64,000 nucleotides of DNA from positions 1 to 64,000 of IMG/VR virus record IMGVR_UViG_3300028883_000032; one strand, given 5' to 3'. Below are positions 9,359-19,372 of the stretch, piece by piece. The translations under genes were made by a program, and so were the position numbers. How positions within the stretch are numbered: the first letter of the stretch is position 1; the number at the start of each line of letters is the position of its first letter. The notes beneath the pieces are model-generated. The model saw nothing but the letters and a program-made list of their open reading frames with translations, was not told the DNA's origin and ran no database searches.

Positions 9359-9626
9359 CCTGAGCCTTTGGTTAGAAATAACTAATTGAATTCGGCTATA
9401 TGCGGGAAACTCATAAAGCCTACAGTACCATACGTATACCAATAGTATACTAAATTGGAAATACGTTGTCAAGTAAAAATCTGTAGGATGTACAATTGAC
9501 AATCCGCAGGGAAGCCTGTAATGGCCCCTCAGAGACTAAACGCCGAACCCTTAACAGGTAATGCTGAAGGAGATGATATAGTCCAGACCACAACAGAATA
9601 TGGCTTGTGAAAGCAAGTGTGGTAAG
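8824..9626 (+). mobile_element. group I self-splicing intron (~803 nt) in the tRNA anticodon loop
   Basis: Core elements ATGCGGGAAACTC (P), AATCCGCAGGGAAG (Q), TCAGAGACTA (R), GATATAGTCC (S); ends in G; splice point +/-1 nt uncertain. Confidence 0.88.
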
Positions 9627-9723
9627 AGGATCTAGTGTCTTCGGACGTGTGGGTTCGAGTCCCACCTCTGCTACCATTAAGATAAACTCATATGAGACAT
9701 ATGCAAAGCGACATAAAAACAAT

Positions 9724-9752
9724 TTGCATTTGGCGTTCATATTTTGTATAAT
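9724..9752 (+). promoter_or_regulatory. sigma70-type promoter for glycan cluster
   Basis: TTGCAT-N17-TATAAT. Confidence 0.65.
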
Positions 9753-9784
9753 ATAGTACGCCATTTTTTTAGCCATTTGAAGTA

Positions 9785-10777
9785 ATGAATATCATAGTGA
9801 ATTCTCTGATAAACGACAGAAGTTCATTTGGAAGAGTCGGCTATAATTTAGTTTTAGCTATGACTAAACTTGGTCATAAAGTTAAAACTGTTGCATGGCC
9901 GGAAAGTAATTTTGATATTGTAGAAACTCTACCAAAACCTGACTTTGCTAGCCCTGATTTATGGGTAAGGCTGTCGCATCCAGATGGCCCAGTAAGCCAT
10001 CCAGACTGTGAACACGCTGGGTTACTGACTGTATTTGAATCCACAGGACTATATAAGCACACAAAAATAGGTAACCTCAAACCCCTTGATTTCATCGCTA
10101 CTCCTAGCGAATGGTGTTCCAATATCTTAAGGAATATCAAGAAAGATATCCCAATCTTTACTTGGAATCACGGGTACAATCCAATCCTTCCTTTTAAAAC
10201 AAACATTAATGATCAAGTAACTACCCTACTAACTGTTGGGTGTATGGATGATCGTAAGCACATCTACAATTTTCTTAAATTATTTGAAGACAATTTTAGG
10301 AATTCAAATGAAATTAAGTTAATAGTAAAATCTCAAAAAGGATTTAATCCTAGGTATTGTCTTGATTGTAAAAACGTAAAATTTGTAGATAAAGAGCTTA
10401 ATAAATTAGAACTAGAAAAGCTTTATTTAAGTGCCAGCGCCTATGTTATGCCATCAAGGGGTGAAGCCTTTGGTTTAACCGCTTTGGAAGCCGCCATGAT
10501 GGGTATACCTATAATGGTCACTAATTTTAGTGGGCCAGTAGATTATTTAGACGATTGCGCATCCATTAAATTAGACTATGACCTAGTAGATACTCCAAAT
10601 AGCGGACCTTGGGCAGGAAAATGGGCAAAACCAACAGACGATGCCATCCTTACGGGAATTGAAGAGTTAGTGACTAACAATAAATTGGGTATAAAAGCAG
10701 TAGATGTGGCACAAAATGTTAGAGACAAGTGGTCATGGGAAATAACTACTGAAAGGTTTTTAAATAGTATACAATGA
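9785..10777 (+). CDS. glycosyltransferase family 4
   Basis: YVMPSRGEAFGLTALEAA (E-x7-E) motif. Confidence 0.9.
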   Translation: MNIIVNSLINDRSSFGRVGYNLVLAMTKLGHKVKTVAWPESNFDIVETLPKPDFASPDLWVRLSHPDGPVSHPDCEHAGLLTVFESTGLYKHTKIGNLKPLDFIATPSEWCSNILRNIKKDIPIFTWNHGYNPILPFKTNINDQVTTLLTVGCMDDRKHIYNFLKLFEDNFRNSNEIKLIVKSQKGFNPRYCLDCKNVKFVDKELNKLELEKLYLSASAYVMPSRGEAFGLTALEAAMMGIPIMVTNFSGPVDYLDDCASIKLDYDLVDTPNSGPWAGKWAKPTDDAILTGIEELVTNNKLGIKAVDVAQNVRDKWSWEITTERFLNSIQ

Positions 10778-12417
10778 AAATTCCTTTATTTGTATCAACA
10801 TTCAATAGAATAGAGACTGTAAAACAATCATTGACAAGTCTTGCAAACTCAAACTTACCAGACTATGTCCAAGTAATCATTAGTGACGATGGATCAAGCG
10901 ATCCAGTTGTTCCACAAATTAAAAGGTTATATGGAAAGTTAGGTTGGGAAATACATGCGAACCATCATAGGGAGTTCCCCGAAGGAAAGTTGGCCCCTAT
11001 ACGAGAACATTTAGACAGGTTTCCAGATGCCCCATACTTTCTAGTTTCTGATTCTGATATGTTATACACCAAAAACTGGGTACAGGCTTTAGAAAAGATA
11101 TATCGTGACACTAAAAAGGATGGTGTAAATCCGGCCGTTATAACTGGTTTTGATACGGAGTGGAATCAACATAGAATAGTAGAAAGACATGGATATTGGG
11201 GATTTAAGGGAACTGTTGGTGGTGCAAACCTATTAGCAGATAGAGAATTTTACAATAAGTGGCAATGGAATGGAATGCATTGGGATTGGGGAATATGTTC
11301 AAAAGCAGGAGAATTTGATTACAAGCTCGTTAGCAGTTGTCCATCTTTAACTGAACATATTGGGAAACATGGTAAATTTTCAAAACCGGGTAAATATGAC
11401 GTAGCGGTTCATTTTGAAGGTGAAGATTTCGATGCCATGGAAATTTTTAATCCGGAGTATAAATACTTGAGTGAAACAGCACTAGTAACAGCAGGACAAG
11501 GGGTAGGAAACATAGTAATGGCTACTCCATTAATAGAAGCTCTGCACGATTTAGGATATATAGTAGATTTTATGGTTGGATGTAACTGGCCTAAAAGCAA
11601 AGAGTTGTTTTTTGAAAACCCACATTGTAGAAATGTTGCTTGGAGTAATGAGCATATAGATGGTTTCTATAATATAGTTGTTGAAACTGCTTGGAGTTTT
11701 TCTTCTTGGGAAGGAAAATATGCTACCAATAGGTTGGCACGACACGATCGCCACGTAAAAGTGGACAAATCAGTAGTTGACCACCAATACCGTAATCATG
11801 AAATCCACCATAACCTAACTCCAGCAATTCAGCTTGGTATGGATGAATCCAAGATGAACAGCTACAAGCCTTTTGTTAACACCCTAATGCCCCACAACTA
11901 TAATACTGATTCAAAGGTTATAGGAATTCATGCAGGGTGTAATCCAAGACCCGAATGGGAAGGTAAAAAATATCCGTACTATCAAGAGCTTGTTTACTTA
12001 TTAAAAAGAGACGGATATAAAATTGCACTATTTGGCACTGATACGGACCAACATTTAAAGGATGTTGATTATGACTTTATAGGAGCAACTAATGTCCAAG
12101 GAGCAGCAGAACGCATCGCTGGCTGTGATATATTTATTTCTAACGATTCTGGATTAATGCATTGTGCAGGCGCCAGCCAAATACCACAAATAGCTATATT
12201 TGGGGGCGAAGGTTACAAGAAAATGGTTAAAAACGACCCTCGACTATATAATGATAAGGCTATTGTAATTGGCGCGGAAGACTTAAGCACTATTTCTCCG
12301 GAACAGGTGATGGATACTCTCAAGTATGGTAAGTTCTCTAAAAATAAGTATCAAGGTAGTGTAGATATTCCAATTAAACCAAAAGTGAAGCGTAAAACAA
12401 CCACTAAAAAGAAATGA
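10774..12417 (+). CDS. bifunctional glycosyltransferase, GT2 (N-term) + GT9-like (C-term)
   Basis: IISDDGSSD/SDSD N-terminal; GVGNIVMATP and FISNDSGLMHCAGA..IAIFG C-terminal. Confidence 0.85.
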   Translation: MKIPLFVSTFNRIETVKQSLTSLANSNLPDYVQVIISDDGSSDPVVPQIKRLYGKLGWEIHANHHREFPEGKLAPIREHLDRFPDAPYFLVSDSDMLYTKNWVQALEKIYRDTKKDGVNPAVITGFDTEWNQHRIVERHGYWGFKGTVGGANLLADREFYNKWQWNGMHWDWGICSKAGEFDYKLVSSCPSLTEHIGKHGKFSKPGKYDVAVHFEGEDFDAMEIFNPEYKYLSETALVTAGQGVGNIVMATPLIEALHDLGYIVDFMVGCNWPKSKELFFENPHCRNVAWSNEHIDGFYNIVVETAWSFSSWEGKYATNRLARHDRHVKVDKSVVDHQYRNHEIHHNLTPAIQLGMDESKMNSYKPFVNTLMPHNYNTDSKVIGIHAGCNPRPEWEGKKYPYYQELVYLLKRDGYKIALFGTDTDQHLKDVDYDFIGATNVQGAAERIAGCDIFISNDSGLMHCAGASQIPQIAIFGGEGYKKMVKNDPRLYNDKAIVIGAEDLSTISPEQVMDTLKYGKFSKNKYQGSVDIPIKPKVKRKTTTKKK

Positions 12418-13313
12418 GAGTCCTACTAGGGTTCCCACAGCAAGATCAGCAAACTGGTGTTTATATTAAACGTGCCTTTGAGGAACTTGGACATGAAATA
12501 GTTGATATCCATGACCCAAAAATTCAGGATCGCGAACTATTTCTGTCAATGGCTAAACAACATCGTCCAGATTTAGCGTTTATGAGTAGAAGTGAGCCCT
12601 ATTGTCATGTTATTGAACGTTTGCGAGATGTATGTTTAACATCATTTTGGAATGTAGATGTTAGAGCAGACATAGGACCTTGGGCCAACCTCGGCGCGCT
12701 TATGCAATATACCCACTTCTGGTTCACCATAGCAAAAAGCCAGATACCAGATTTTAAGAAGGAGTATGGTAACAAAAATGTGTATTGGCTTTCAGAAGGA
12801 TGCGACAGTATCCATTCCATCCGTCCCGGAGGCCGTACTGAAGAATTTGACGTGTTCTTTGCCGGAAGTATCGATCAGTTTCACGAGGACTGCGGTAACA
12901 GAGTATCAGTATTAAACGCTATTCAAAATCACGGATTTACGTGTCAGTATTCTCATGGGCTTAAATTGGTAAATGAATATCATAATGATTATGTTGGTAG
13001 ATCTCAAGTATGTTTAGGAAACAGCGCTTTTCCGCAGGTTGAGCTTAGCATGTCTGCTAGAGATTACCGCATCATGGGAGCAGGAGGATTTCTTTTAACA
13101 AATAATGTGAAGGGAATAGAAAACTGGTTTAAAATTGGCAAAGAATGCGAAACCTATTCTTCCCCCGAGGAAGCTGTTGAAAAAGTAGAATACTACTGTA
13201 TTCATAAGGAAGAGCGTATAAAAATAGCAGATACTGGATACAAAGCAGCCCACGAAAAACACAGGTTTAAAAACAGAATTGAAGAAGTAATAAAAATTGC
13301 GAAAAGTTTCTAA
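12414..13313 (+). CDS. CgeB-like glycosyltransferase
   Basis: SARDYRIMGAGGFLLTN..YSSPEEAVEKVEYY..RIKIA..GY motif. Confidence 0.85.
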   Translation: MRVLLGFPQQDQQTGVYIKRAFEELGHEIVDIHDPKIQDRELFLSMAKQHRPDLAFMSRSEPYCHVIERLRDVCLTSFWNVDVRADIGPWANLGALMQYTHFWFTIAKSQIPDFKKEYGNKNVYWLSEGCDSIHSIRPGGRTEEFDVFFAGSIDQFHEDCGNRVSVLNAIQNHGFTCQYSHGLKLVNEYHNDYVGRSQVCLGNSAFPQVELSMSARDYRIMGAGGFLLTNNVKGIENWFKIGKECETYSSPEEAVEKVEYYCIHKEERIKIADTGYKAAHEKHRFKNRIEEVIKIAKSF

Positions 13314-13315
13314 TA

Positions 13316-14047
13316 ATGCAAAAAAATTTATATCTTATATATGCTATGCAGCGTTCTGGGCAACATGCCATTATCAATTGGATGGGAAACCAGCTTGGTA
13401 ATTGTAAATTTATTAATAATGCGGGCTGGTCTACTGTTGTTAGAGAGTTTGGAAGTAGATATGGTGGAACAGAGGATGAAGGTAAATGTTATGGAAACGC
13501 CACGGAAGATAAGTTTGATAATCTGATTGTAAGCTTTGAAAATTTTTCCCCAAAAGATGTTCTTGACGAAAGGCTTACAGACATAATGGCCCAAGTACAT
13601 AAAAAATACAATAATGTATATAGCGTGATAATTCTTCGCGACCCACTAAATTGGTTAGCAAGTATGATGAAAATGCATTGGAGGTTTGCAGAGTATTTTA
13701 AAAACCACTATCTAGCAGATGTATATATAAAACAAGCAGAAGAGTATTTCGGCAATACAAAGTATTTATCAAATTTAGTAAAAATTAATTATAATACATG
13801 GTGTACAGATACGACATATAGACATGAATTGTCAGTTAAATTAAATTTTAATGAATTTACTGATGAGGGAATTTATACTCCAAGTTTTACAGGTAGTAGT
13901 TTTGATAATGAAATAAAGTTTCCAAACTTTCAAATATTTAGTCGCTACAAGGAATACGAGGGAAATTTACAGTTTGAGGAAATTTTGCAAATATACCCAA
14001 GATTGCTAAGTATAGCAAAAGATGAATTTAACATTGAAAAAGAATAA
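13316..14047 (+). CDS. sulfotransferase-like protein
   Basis: AMQRSGQHAIINW (5'-PSB-like) and ILRDPLNWLAS (3'-PB-like). Confidence 0.65.
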   Translation: MQKNLYLIYAMQRSGQHAIINWMGNQLGNCKFINNAGWSTVVREFGSRYGGTEDEGKCYGNATEDKFDNLIVSFENFSPKDVLDERLTDIMAQVHKKYNNVYSVIILRDPLNWLASMMKMHWRFAEYFKNHYLADVYIKQAEEYFGNTKYLSNLVKINYNTWCTDTTYRHELSVKLNFNEFTDEGIYTPSFTGSSFDNEIKFPNFQIFSRYKEYEGNLQFEEILQIYPRLLSIAKDEFNIEKE

Positions 14048-14052
14048 ATAAT

Positions 14053-15033
14053 ATGTTTAGAAAACCTAAATTAGAGCTTGAACATTACGGAACTAAACCT
14101 TTAAGGAAGGAAGATTGGGTTTCTAGGGGAGTAAAGTTTGAGCCAACTGGCGAAGAATATGATTTGGCTGTAAGTTTAGTGACATATAATACCGCAAATA
14201 GTTTAAAAGACGTGGCGGAATATTTAGAAACTACAGCCCCTGATATAAAAAAGAAGTATATTTTTGTTAACTCCGGAAGTATAGATCACTCGGCGGAACT
14301 ACTCCCATTGTTACCTTTTGATAAAGTGGTTGTTAGCCACACTTATGATGAAGCAATTGAACATAGGTATAGTTTGGCTTCAGCACTAAATGATGCGTTT
14401 GCAATAGCACATAAACTTGGTATAAAATATTTGTTAGTGCATGACATAGATGCCTACGTGGAAGAGGAAGGGTTGTATCAAATGTTTAATGTGCTAAAAA
14501 AAGCCCCTAAAGACGTGATAGCAGTTACGTGTCCTCCAACAGGAGGATATGAGCATAGGGTAGAAGGCAGGAAAGATGAGGCGACAGTATTAAGTTGGGG
14601 GAGTGGATGGACTGCGGCAATAACAAAAGTGGAAGAACATATAAAACATTGGGGATGGTGGAGTGAGGCGCTTATGCCCTGTTTAGGAATTGATAGCGAC
14701 TTAAATAGGCGCATTAATGAGACACCCTATAAGCGACTAATGGATAAAAATTATTTTCACGACCATTACGGAAATATCGGATTAAAGACCACGGCACAGA
14801 TAGGGGGAATTCCTGTAGATAGGCCCGATGGAATTGGTTGGGAAGACGCCTACCGAAGAATTTGGGGAGGCCCCACCGGTAAAGAAAAATTCCAATATCC
14901 ATTAAACAGGCAAGATTGCTTAAGGGGGGTATCCTACAATTTTACACCTATACAGGATAATAGGATATATAGAAGAGTAGATTCGTATAATTTAGAGGGA
15001 GTACCAAAGCTATGCTTACCCACGGAAGCGTAA
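14053..15033 (+). CDS. GT2-like glycosyltransferase
   Basis: VSLVTYN, VNSGSID, VHDIDA (DxD). Confidence 0.65.
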   Translation: MFRKPKLELEHYGTKPLRKEDWVSRGVKFEPTGEEYDLAVSLVTYNTANSLKDVAEYLETTAPDIKKKYIFVNSGSIDHSAELLPLLPFDKVVVSHTYDEAIEHRYSLASALNDAFAIAHKLGIKYLLVHDIDAYVEEEGLYQMFNVLKKAPKDVIAVTCPPTGGYEHRVEGRKDEATVLSWGSGWTAAITKVEEHIKHWGWWSEALMPCLGIDSDLNRRINETPYKRLMDKNYFHDHYGNIGLKTTAQIGGIPVDRPDGIGWEDAYRRIWGGPTGKEKFQYPLNRQDCLRGVSYNFTPIQDNRIYRRVDSYNLEGVPKLCLPTEA

Positions 15034-15647
15034 CGGGGGCTGCAACAATGCCATCACAGGCCGTAATTAGAAGTTGGGAAAAAACCTCAAACATGTCACA
15101 GTTGGCTCCTATTTACTATTTTATCGGCATCGGCGAAAATTGGAAAAATATTTTAGAATTGGGGACAGGTTTTGGGGTGTCTACAACTACCCTTACCGAA
15201 ATAGCTAAAGTAAATGGGGGATTGGTAATTACGGTAGACAGAGAAGACATGAGAGATAAAATAAAAAATTTGACAAACTACAAATTTATCCAAACACATA
15301 CTGGCGACACTTATAGAATAAAAAATGTTTTAAAAAATAACAATATAGAGGAATTAGATTGTTTGTTTATAGATGCCGATCATCACGCAGATTCAATACG
15401 TGAGGACTTCCACAGGTATAAATACTTGGTAAAACCTGGAGGTTTTGTTATTTTTCACGATGTGGTTTTAGTGGACGAGGAGTGTGAAGGTTCCGAATTC
15501 TGGTTCAATGAGGACTTTGGAGAAGGTTTTGAAAAACTAACATTAAGTTTTTGCAATGGGCTGGGAATACTAAGGAAGATAGATTATGGAAAAGATCTCA
15601 GTAATGATTCCAACAATGAATCTGGATCTAGTAGAATACTCGATTAA
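15012..15647 (+). CDS. class I SAM-dependent methyltransferase (Methyltransf_24-like)
   Basis: ILELGTGFGVST, LFIDADH, VKPGGFVIFHD. Confidence 0.88.
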   Translation: MLTHGSVTGAATMPSQAVIRSWEKTSNMSQLAPIYYFIGIGENWKNILELGTGFGVSTTTLTEIAKVNGGLVITVDREDMRDKIKNLTNYKFIQTHTGDTYRIKNVLKNNNIEELDCLFIDADHHADSIREDFHRYKYLVKPGGFVIFHDVVLVDEECEGSEFWFNEDFGEGFEKLTLSFCNGLGILRKIDYGKDLSNDSNNESGSSRILD

Positions 15648-16380
15648 AAGTTTATTACAAAATTCAACTTATGAACCAGAAATACTAGTTTGGGACAACC
15701 GTGTAGAGCCTGAAGAAGGGCATCTCGGGGTAGCTCAGGAAACACATGAGCTGTGGCTAAAATTTGATGGGAAAATTAGGGTATTTGGGGATTTAGGAAA
15801 TATAGGCATCCCAGCCGCCTACAATCGAATGGCTAAAAAGGCGTCAAACGGTATTCTGTGGGCGGCTGACGATGACTATTACTACCCTAGGGGATGGGAT
15901 GAACCACTTATAGAAATAATGGAAAGAGACAGATTGAGTTCTGTTACTCCACACATCTCGAGACATCCAATAATGATAGAGCCTCTAGACGGCAACCCTA
16001 ACACTATATATAAGGATTTTGGAAGAGCTCCAGATGTATTTAGAAAAGATGAGTTTGACAAATTCGCCAACGAACAATTACCGTGGCCAGGCTTCAAAGA
16101 AGAAAGAGTAAACCCTAATTGCCCATGTGCAGTATGGAAAGATACTTGGGCAGCTCTGGATGGGTGGGATGAAGACTATTTCCCCGGATTTGGAGCTGAT
16201 CCTGACTTCCTTATAAGATTGCGAAACATGGGTGGAAAAATGTTAAGTGCCCCAAATTGTTATTTTTACCATTTTTCAGGAACAACATCTAGTGGAATGC
16301 CTAGGAACGAATCTCGTGAAATGTTTCTAAAAAAACATGGAATTGCAATTAAACAATTTGTGGAAAGCATGAGAAAGTAG
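15586..16380 (+). CDS. glycosyltransferase family 2
   Basis: SVMIPT, NIGIPAAYN, ADDD, GWDEDYFPGFGADPD. Confidence 0.85.
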   Translation: MEKISVMIPTMNLDLVEYSIKSLLQNSTYEPEILVWDNRVEPEEGHLGVAQETHELWLKFDGKIRVFGDLGNIGIPAAYNRMAKKASNGILWAADDDYYYPRGWDEPLIEIMERDRLSSVTPHISRHPIMIEPLDGNPNTIYKDFGRAPDVFRKDEFDKFANEQLPWPGFKEERVNPNCPCAVWKDTWAALDGWDEDYFPGFGADPDFLIRLRNMGGKMLSAPNCYFYHFSGTTSSGMPRNESREMFLKKHGIAIKQFVESMRK

Positions 16381-16430
16381 CACCGACGCATATAAAATTA
16401 TACCAGCGTTTTTGAAAGCGCATTTAAAGC

Positions 16431-16979
16431 ATGAAAAAAATAAATTTGGGATGTGGCAGGTTTCCTATGAAAGGCTATATTAATATAGACCTTCATAGCA
16501 ATAAAGCTGATGTTAACACTGACTTACTTGAATACCTAATTGGCGAAGAGGAAGGTTCTATTGATGAAGTATTTGCAGATCATGTATTGGAGCACCTTGA
16601 TTTCATAGAGGAACGTTCTTTTTTTATACAATCAAAAAGAGTCCTTAAACCTGGTGGAGAATTACATATAAAGGTTCCTGATTTTGAATTTGCATGTAAG
16701 ACATTTTTATTAGGGAGAGAGAACGACTATAATTGGTATAGATTGGATTCCGACGACCACTACTTTGGATCGGGGTTTGACCTATCTAAACGTTGGGGGT
16801 ATATTACAACCACCTTCTTTGGAAACCAATCAAATACCGGGGAAGTACATAAAAATGCCTACACATTTGAAAAATTACAGTCGATAGCAAGACTTATAAA
16901 TATGAAATTAACCCACTCAGAATACTATACACGCAAGGGTGTAGTTTGTATATATGTGGTTTTAACCAAGAGAGATTAA
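16431..16979 (+). CDS. class I SAM-dependent methyltransferase
   Basis: INLGCG, DHVLEHL, RVLKPGG..VPD. Confidence 0.88.
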   Translation: MKKINLGCGRFPMKGYINIDLHSNKADVNTDLLEYLIGEEEGSIDEVFADHVLEHLDFIEERSFFIQSKRVLKPGGELHIKVPDFEFACKTFLLGRENDYNWYRLDSDDHYFGSGFDLSKRWGYITTTFFGNQSNTGEVHKNAYTFEKLQSIARLINMKLTHSEYYTRKGVVCIYVVLTKRD

Positions 16980-17347
16980 TGGCAAATTTAGACAGAGTTT
17001 ACGCAGGAAATGTTAATTCATTCGGACATCTACTGGACAGGCTGGTGGTGGAAAATATAAAGCTCACAAACTTCCTGAAAAGAATGGAAGCCGAACAAAG
17101 AAAAGAAAAACCGGATTCTGATTTAATAGTAAGATTAGATTTGGGACATCGCAAATCTAATGAAGCGCGCTCTGTAATAAAAAATGAGATAGACAGGCTT
17201 CTTAGTGATGTAATGGCCGCTGGGGAATACAGAATCATTGAGGAAACACGTACTTGGACTACCCCAAATGATCCACAAGATGCTTCAGTGGAAGAAGACG
17301 CATCTGGTGATAAATTAGAACTTAAAAAATACATGGAAAATAAATAA
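16979..17347 (+). CDS. small helical protein, DUF4254-like
   Basis: SFGHLLDRLVVENIKL..SNEARSVIKNEID pattern; within glycan cluster. Confidence 0.45.
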   Translation: MANLDRVYAGNVNSFGHLLDRLVVENIKLTNFLKRMEAEQRKEKPDSDLIVRLDLGHRKSNEARSVIKNEIDRLLSDVMAAGEYRIIEETRTWTTPNDPQDASVEEDASGDKLELKKYMENK

Positions 17348-18525
17348 TGGTACACGAATTTTTGGATTTAGGAATGCAGCCATTGGCAAATGGCTTTAGA
17401 GACCCCAACGACCCATCAGAGGAGTATAGACACCCGCTACGTGTGGGTGCCGACGACGAAACTTACTTGATTTCATTGATAGACCCAGTTCCAAAAGAAA
17501 AGATGTTTAACCAGGCATATCCTTTTTTAACTGGTTCGTCAGAAAAAATGAAAGACTATTTTGCACGTATGGCATTAAACATAAGTGCTTTTTGTAACAG
17601 CAAAAACAAAAATAAACGTAAAAATGTTATGGAAATAGGTTGTAATGATGGTACTTTTTTAACTGCTTTAGACGACGACATAAATAAAATTGGCATAGAG
17701 CCTTGTGAAAACATAGCAGAAGTGTGTGCGGAAAAGGGCATAGAAGTGTACCCCGAATACTTTACAAGGGATTTAGCAAATAGAATAGTTACCAAGCATG
17801 GTAAATTTTTAGCAATATATGCTGCAAATACTATTTGCCACATTGAAGACCTAGACGAAGTGTTTGAAGCCGTAAAAATACTTCTTGACCCTGAAGGCCA
17901 ATTTGTTTTTGAGGACCCGTGGTTTGGGGCCATACTCGCTAAAGGCACCTACGATCAAATTTATGATGAACACATACACTACTTTACTGTATTGGCTGTG
18001 GAACGTCTAGCGAAAAAACACGGATTAAAACTTTATTCCGCTTTACCCACACAAGTACACGGTGGGGGGATGCGATACTACATTTATTTTCCAGAACATG
18101 TCGGAGAAGAGTATGATTATTCAGTTACAACAATGAAGGCCTTGGAGCATACTTTGGGGGTTTATGATATGAAAGAGCTAAAGCGCTTTGCCTCCAGAGT
18201 GTATACCAATATTAGCCTATTTAAGGAACTAGTCCAAGCTGTTAAAAAGCCAATCTGGGCGTACGGGGCAACAAGTAAATCAACAGTAATCTATAATGCT
18301 TGTGGAATAGGTAATGATAAAATTAAGTATGTAACTGATACAACCCCATATAAAATAGGAAAATTACTACCGGGAACAAAAATACCTATTATACATCCAG
18401 ATGAAAGAAGCGATGAAGACACGGTAGCTTTTTTAGCAGCATGGAATCATAAAGAAGAAATTTTTAAAAAGGAAAAAAGTTGGATTGAATCCGGCGGGCG
18501 GTTTATAACCCACCTACTAATATAG
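17347..18525 (+). CDS. NDP-hexose C-methyltransferase
   Basis: LDLGMQPLAN, EIGCNDG, YDQIYDEHIHYF, HGG, YGATSKS, LAAWNH. Confidence 0.9.
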   Translation: MVHEFLDLGMQPLANGFRDPNDPSEEYRHPLRVGADDETYLISLIDPVPKEKMFNQAYPFLTGSSEKMKDYFARMALNISAFCNSKNKNKRKNVMEIGCNDGTFLTALDDDINKIGIEPCENIAEVCAEKGIEVYPEYFTRDLANRIVTKHGKFLAIYAANTICHIEDLDEVFEAVKILLDPEGQFVFEDPWFGAILAKGTYDQIYDEHIHYFTVLAVERLAKKHGLKLYSALPTQVHGGGMRYYIYFPEHVGEEYDYSVTTMKALEHTLGVYDMKELKRFASRVYTNISLFKELVQAVKKPIWAYGATSKSTVIYNACGIGNDKIKYVTDTTPYKIGKLLPGTKIPIIHPDERSDEDTVAFLAAWNHKEEIFKKEKSWIESGGRFITHLLI

Positions 18526-18535
18526 GAGTAATAGA

Positions 18536-19372
18536 ATGAAAAAGTTGGCAGTATGCATTACAACACATATAACGGGCCCTAATGGAGACGCCGGGAGACA
18601 CGGAAGAGAATTCAGGGAGAACCTCTTTGCGTACTATAAAAAAATGATAGATAGGTATATAGACCTTAAAGCCGGATTAAAAGACGACGACTGGGATCTA
18701 TATATTATGGATACAGGCTGTGATGTTGATTTTCAGGCGTGGGCTAAAGAAACAGAAATATACAACGAAAATTTTTATCACATTGGTGTCCCAAATAATT
18801 GTGGATTTGCGGCAGGTTTAAAGCATGTAATGCATGGAAATAATGACCTAAAAAGTAAGTACGAGTACTACTTTTTTCATGTTGACGACGGTGTGGAACC
18901 ACAAGCTGATAACTGGGCAACGTCGCTAATATCATCCTATAAAAAAGGGTGTGAGTTGGGAATTATGGGACGGGAACTTATTACAATTAAACTTGGCCCA
19001 AACGGTTTAACGGATCACCACGGCTGGTGTAAGCACGTTGCTAAAATGTGGAATATGAATGAGGAAAAGCAAATACCGCACTTACATGCTGACTGGTGGT
19101 TCATGAATAAAGCCACACTAAATAAGTTGGCTGACGTGTGGTATGAGCCGCAATACTCGGAAGCTGCAATGCAGTATCAAAAACAGTGGGAAAATACGGA
19201 TTTTATTGCTTTGCAGGATCTGAATGATGGAAGAAAAACTCTTGACAACATACACGTTGGTAGAGAAGTGGATACTCCACTTAGGGTAGAACTGTTTGGT
19301 GGAAAGGTGTTCGCTTATAAAGGCACAAAAATAAACGCTGTTCAAATACACCACCGGGGATTTAAGATATAA
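18536..19372 (+). CDS. putative glycosyltransferase (GT-A-like)
   Basis: FFHVDD DxD-like motif; cluster context. Confidence 0.45.
   Translation: MKKLAVCITTHITGPNGDAGRHGREFRENLFAYYKKMIDRYIDLKAGLKDDDWDLYIMDTGCDVDFQAWAKETEIYNENFYHIGVPNNCGFAAGLKHVMHGNNDLKSKYEYYFFHVDDGVEPQADNWATSLISSYKKGCELGIMGRELITIKLGPNGLTDHHGWCKHVAKMWNMNEEKQIPHLHADWWFMNKATLNKLADVWYEPQYSEAAMQYQKQWENTDFIALQDLNDGRKTLDNIHVGREVDTPLRVELFGGKVFAYKGTKINAVQIHHRGFKI

Larger units (their letters stand above)
8789..9676 (+). tRNA. tRNA-Leu(UAG), intron-split (exons ~8789-8823 and ~9627-9676)
   Basis: 5' half GGCGGAG..CTAGACTT and 3' half AGGATCTAG..CTCTGCTACCA join into a cloverleaf with loop CT-TAG-GA. Confidence 0.88.

Noticed and set aside
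9359-9502. 48-aa N-terminal extension of the intron ORF
   Set aside because: It overlaps the conserved ribozyme core; the protein-like sequence begins at MKNFTK (9358)
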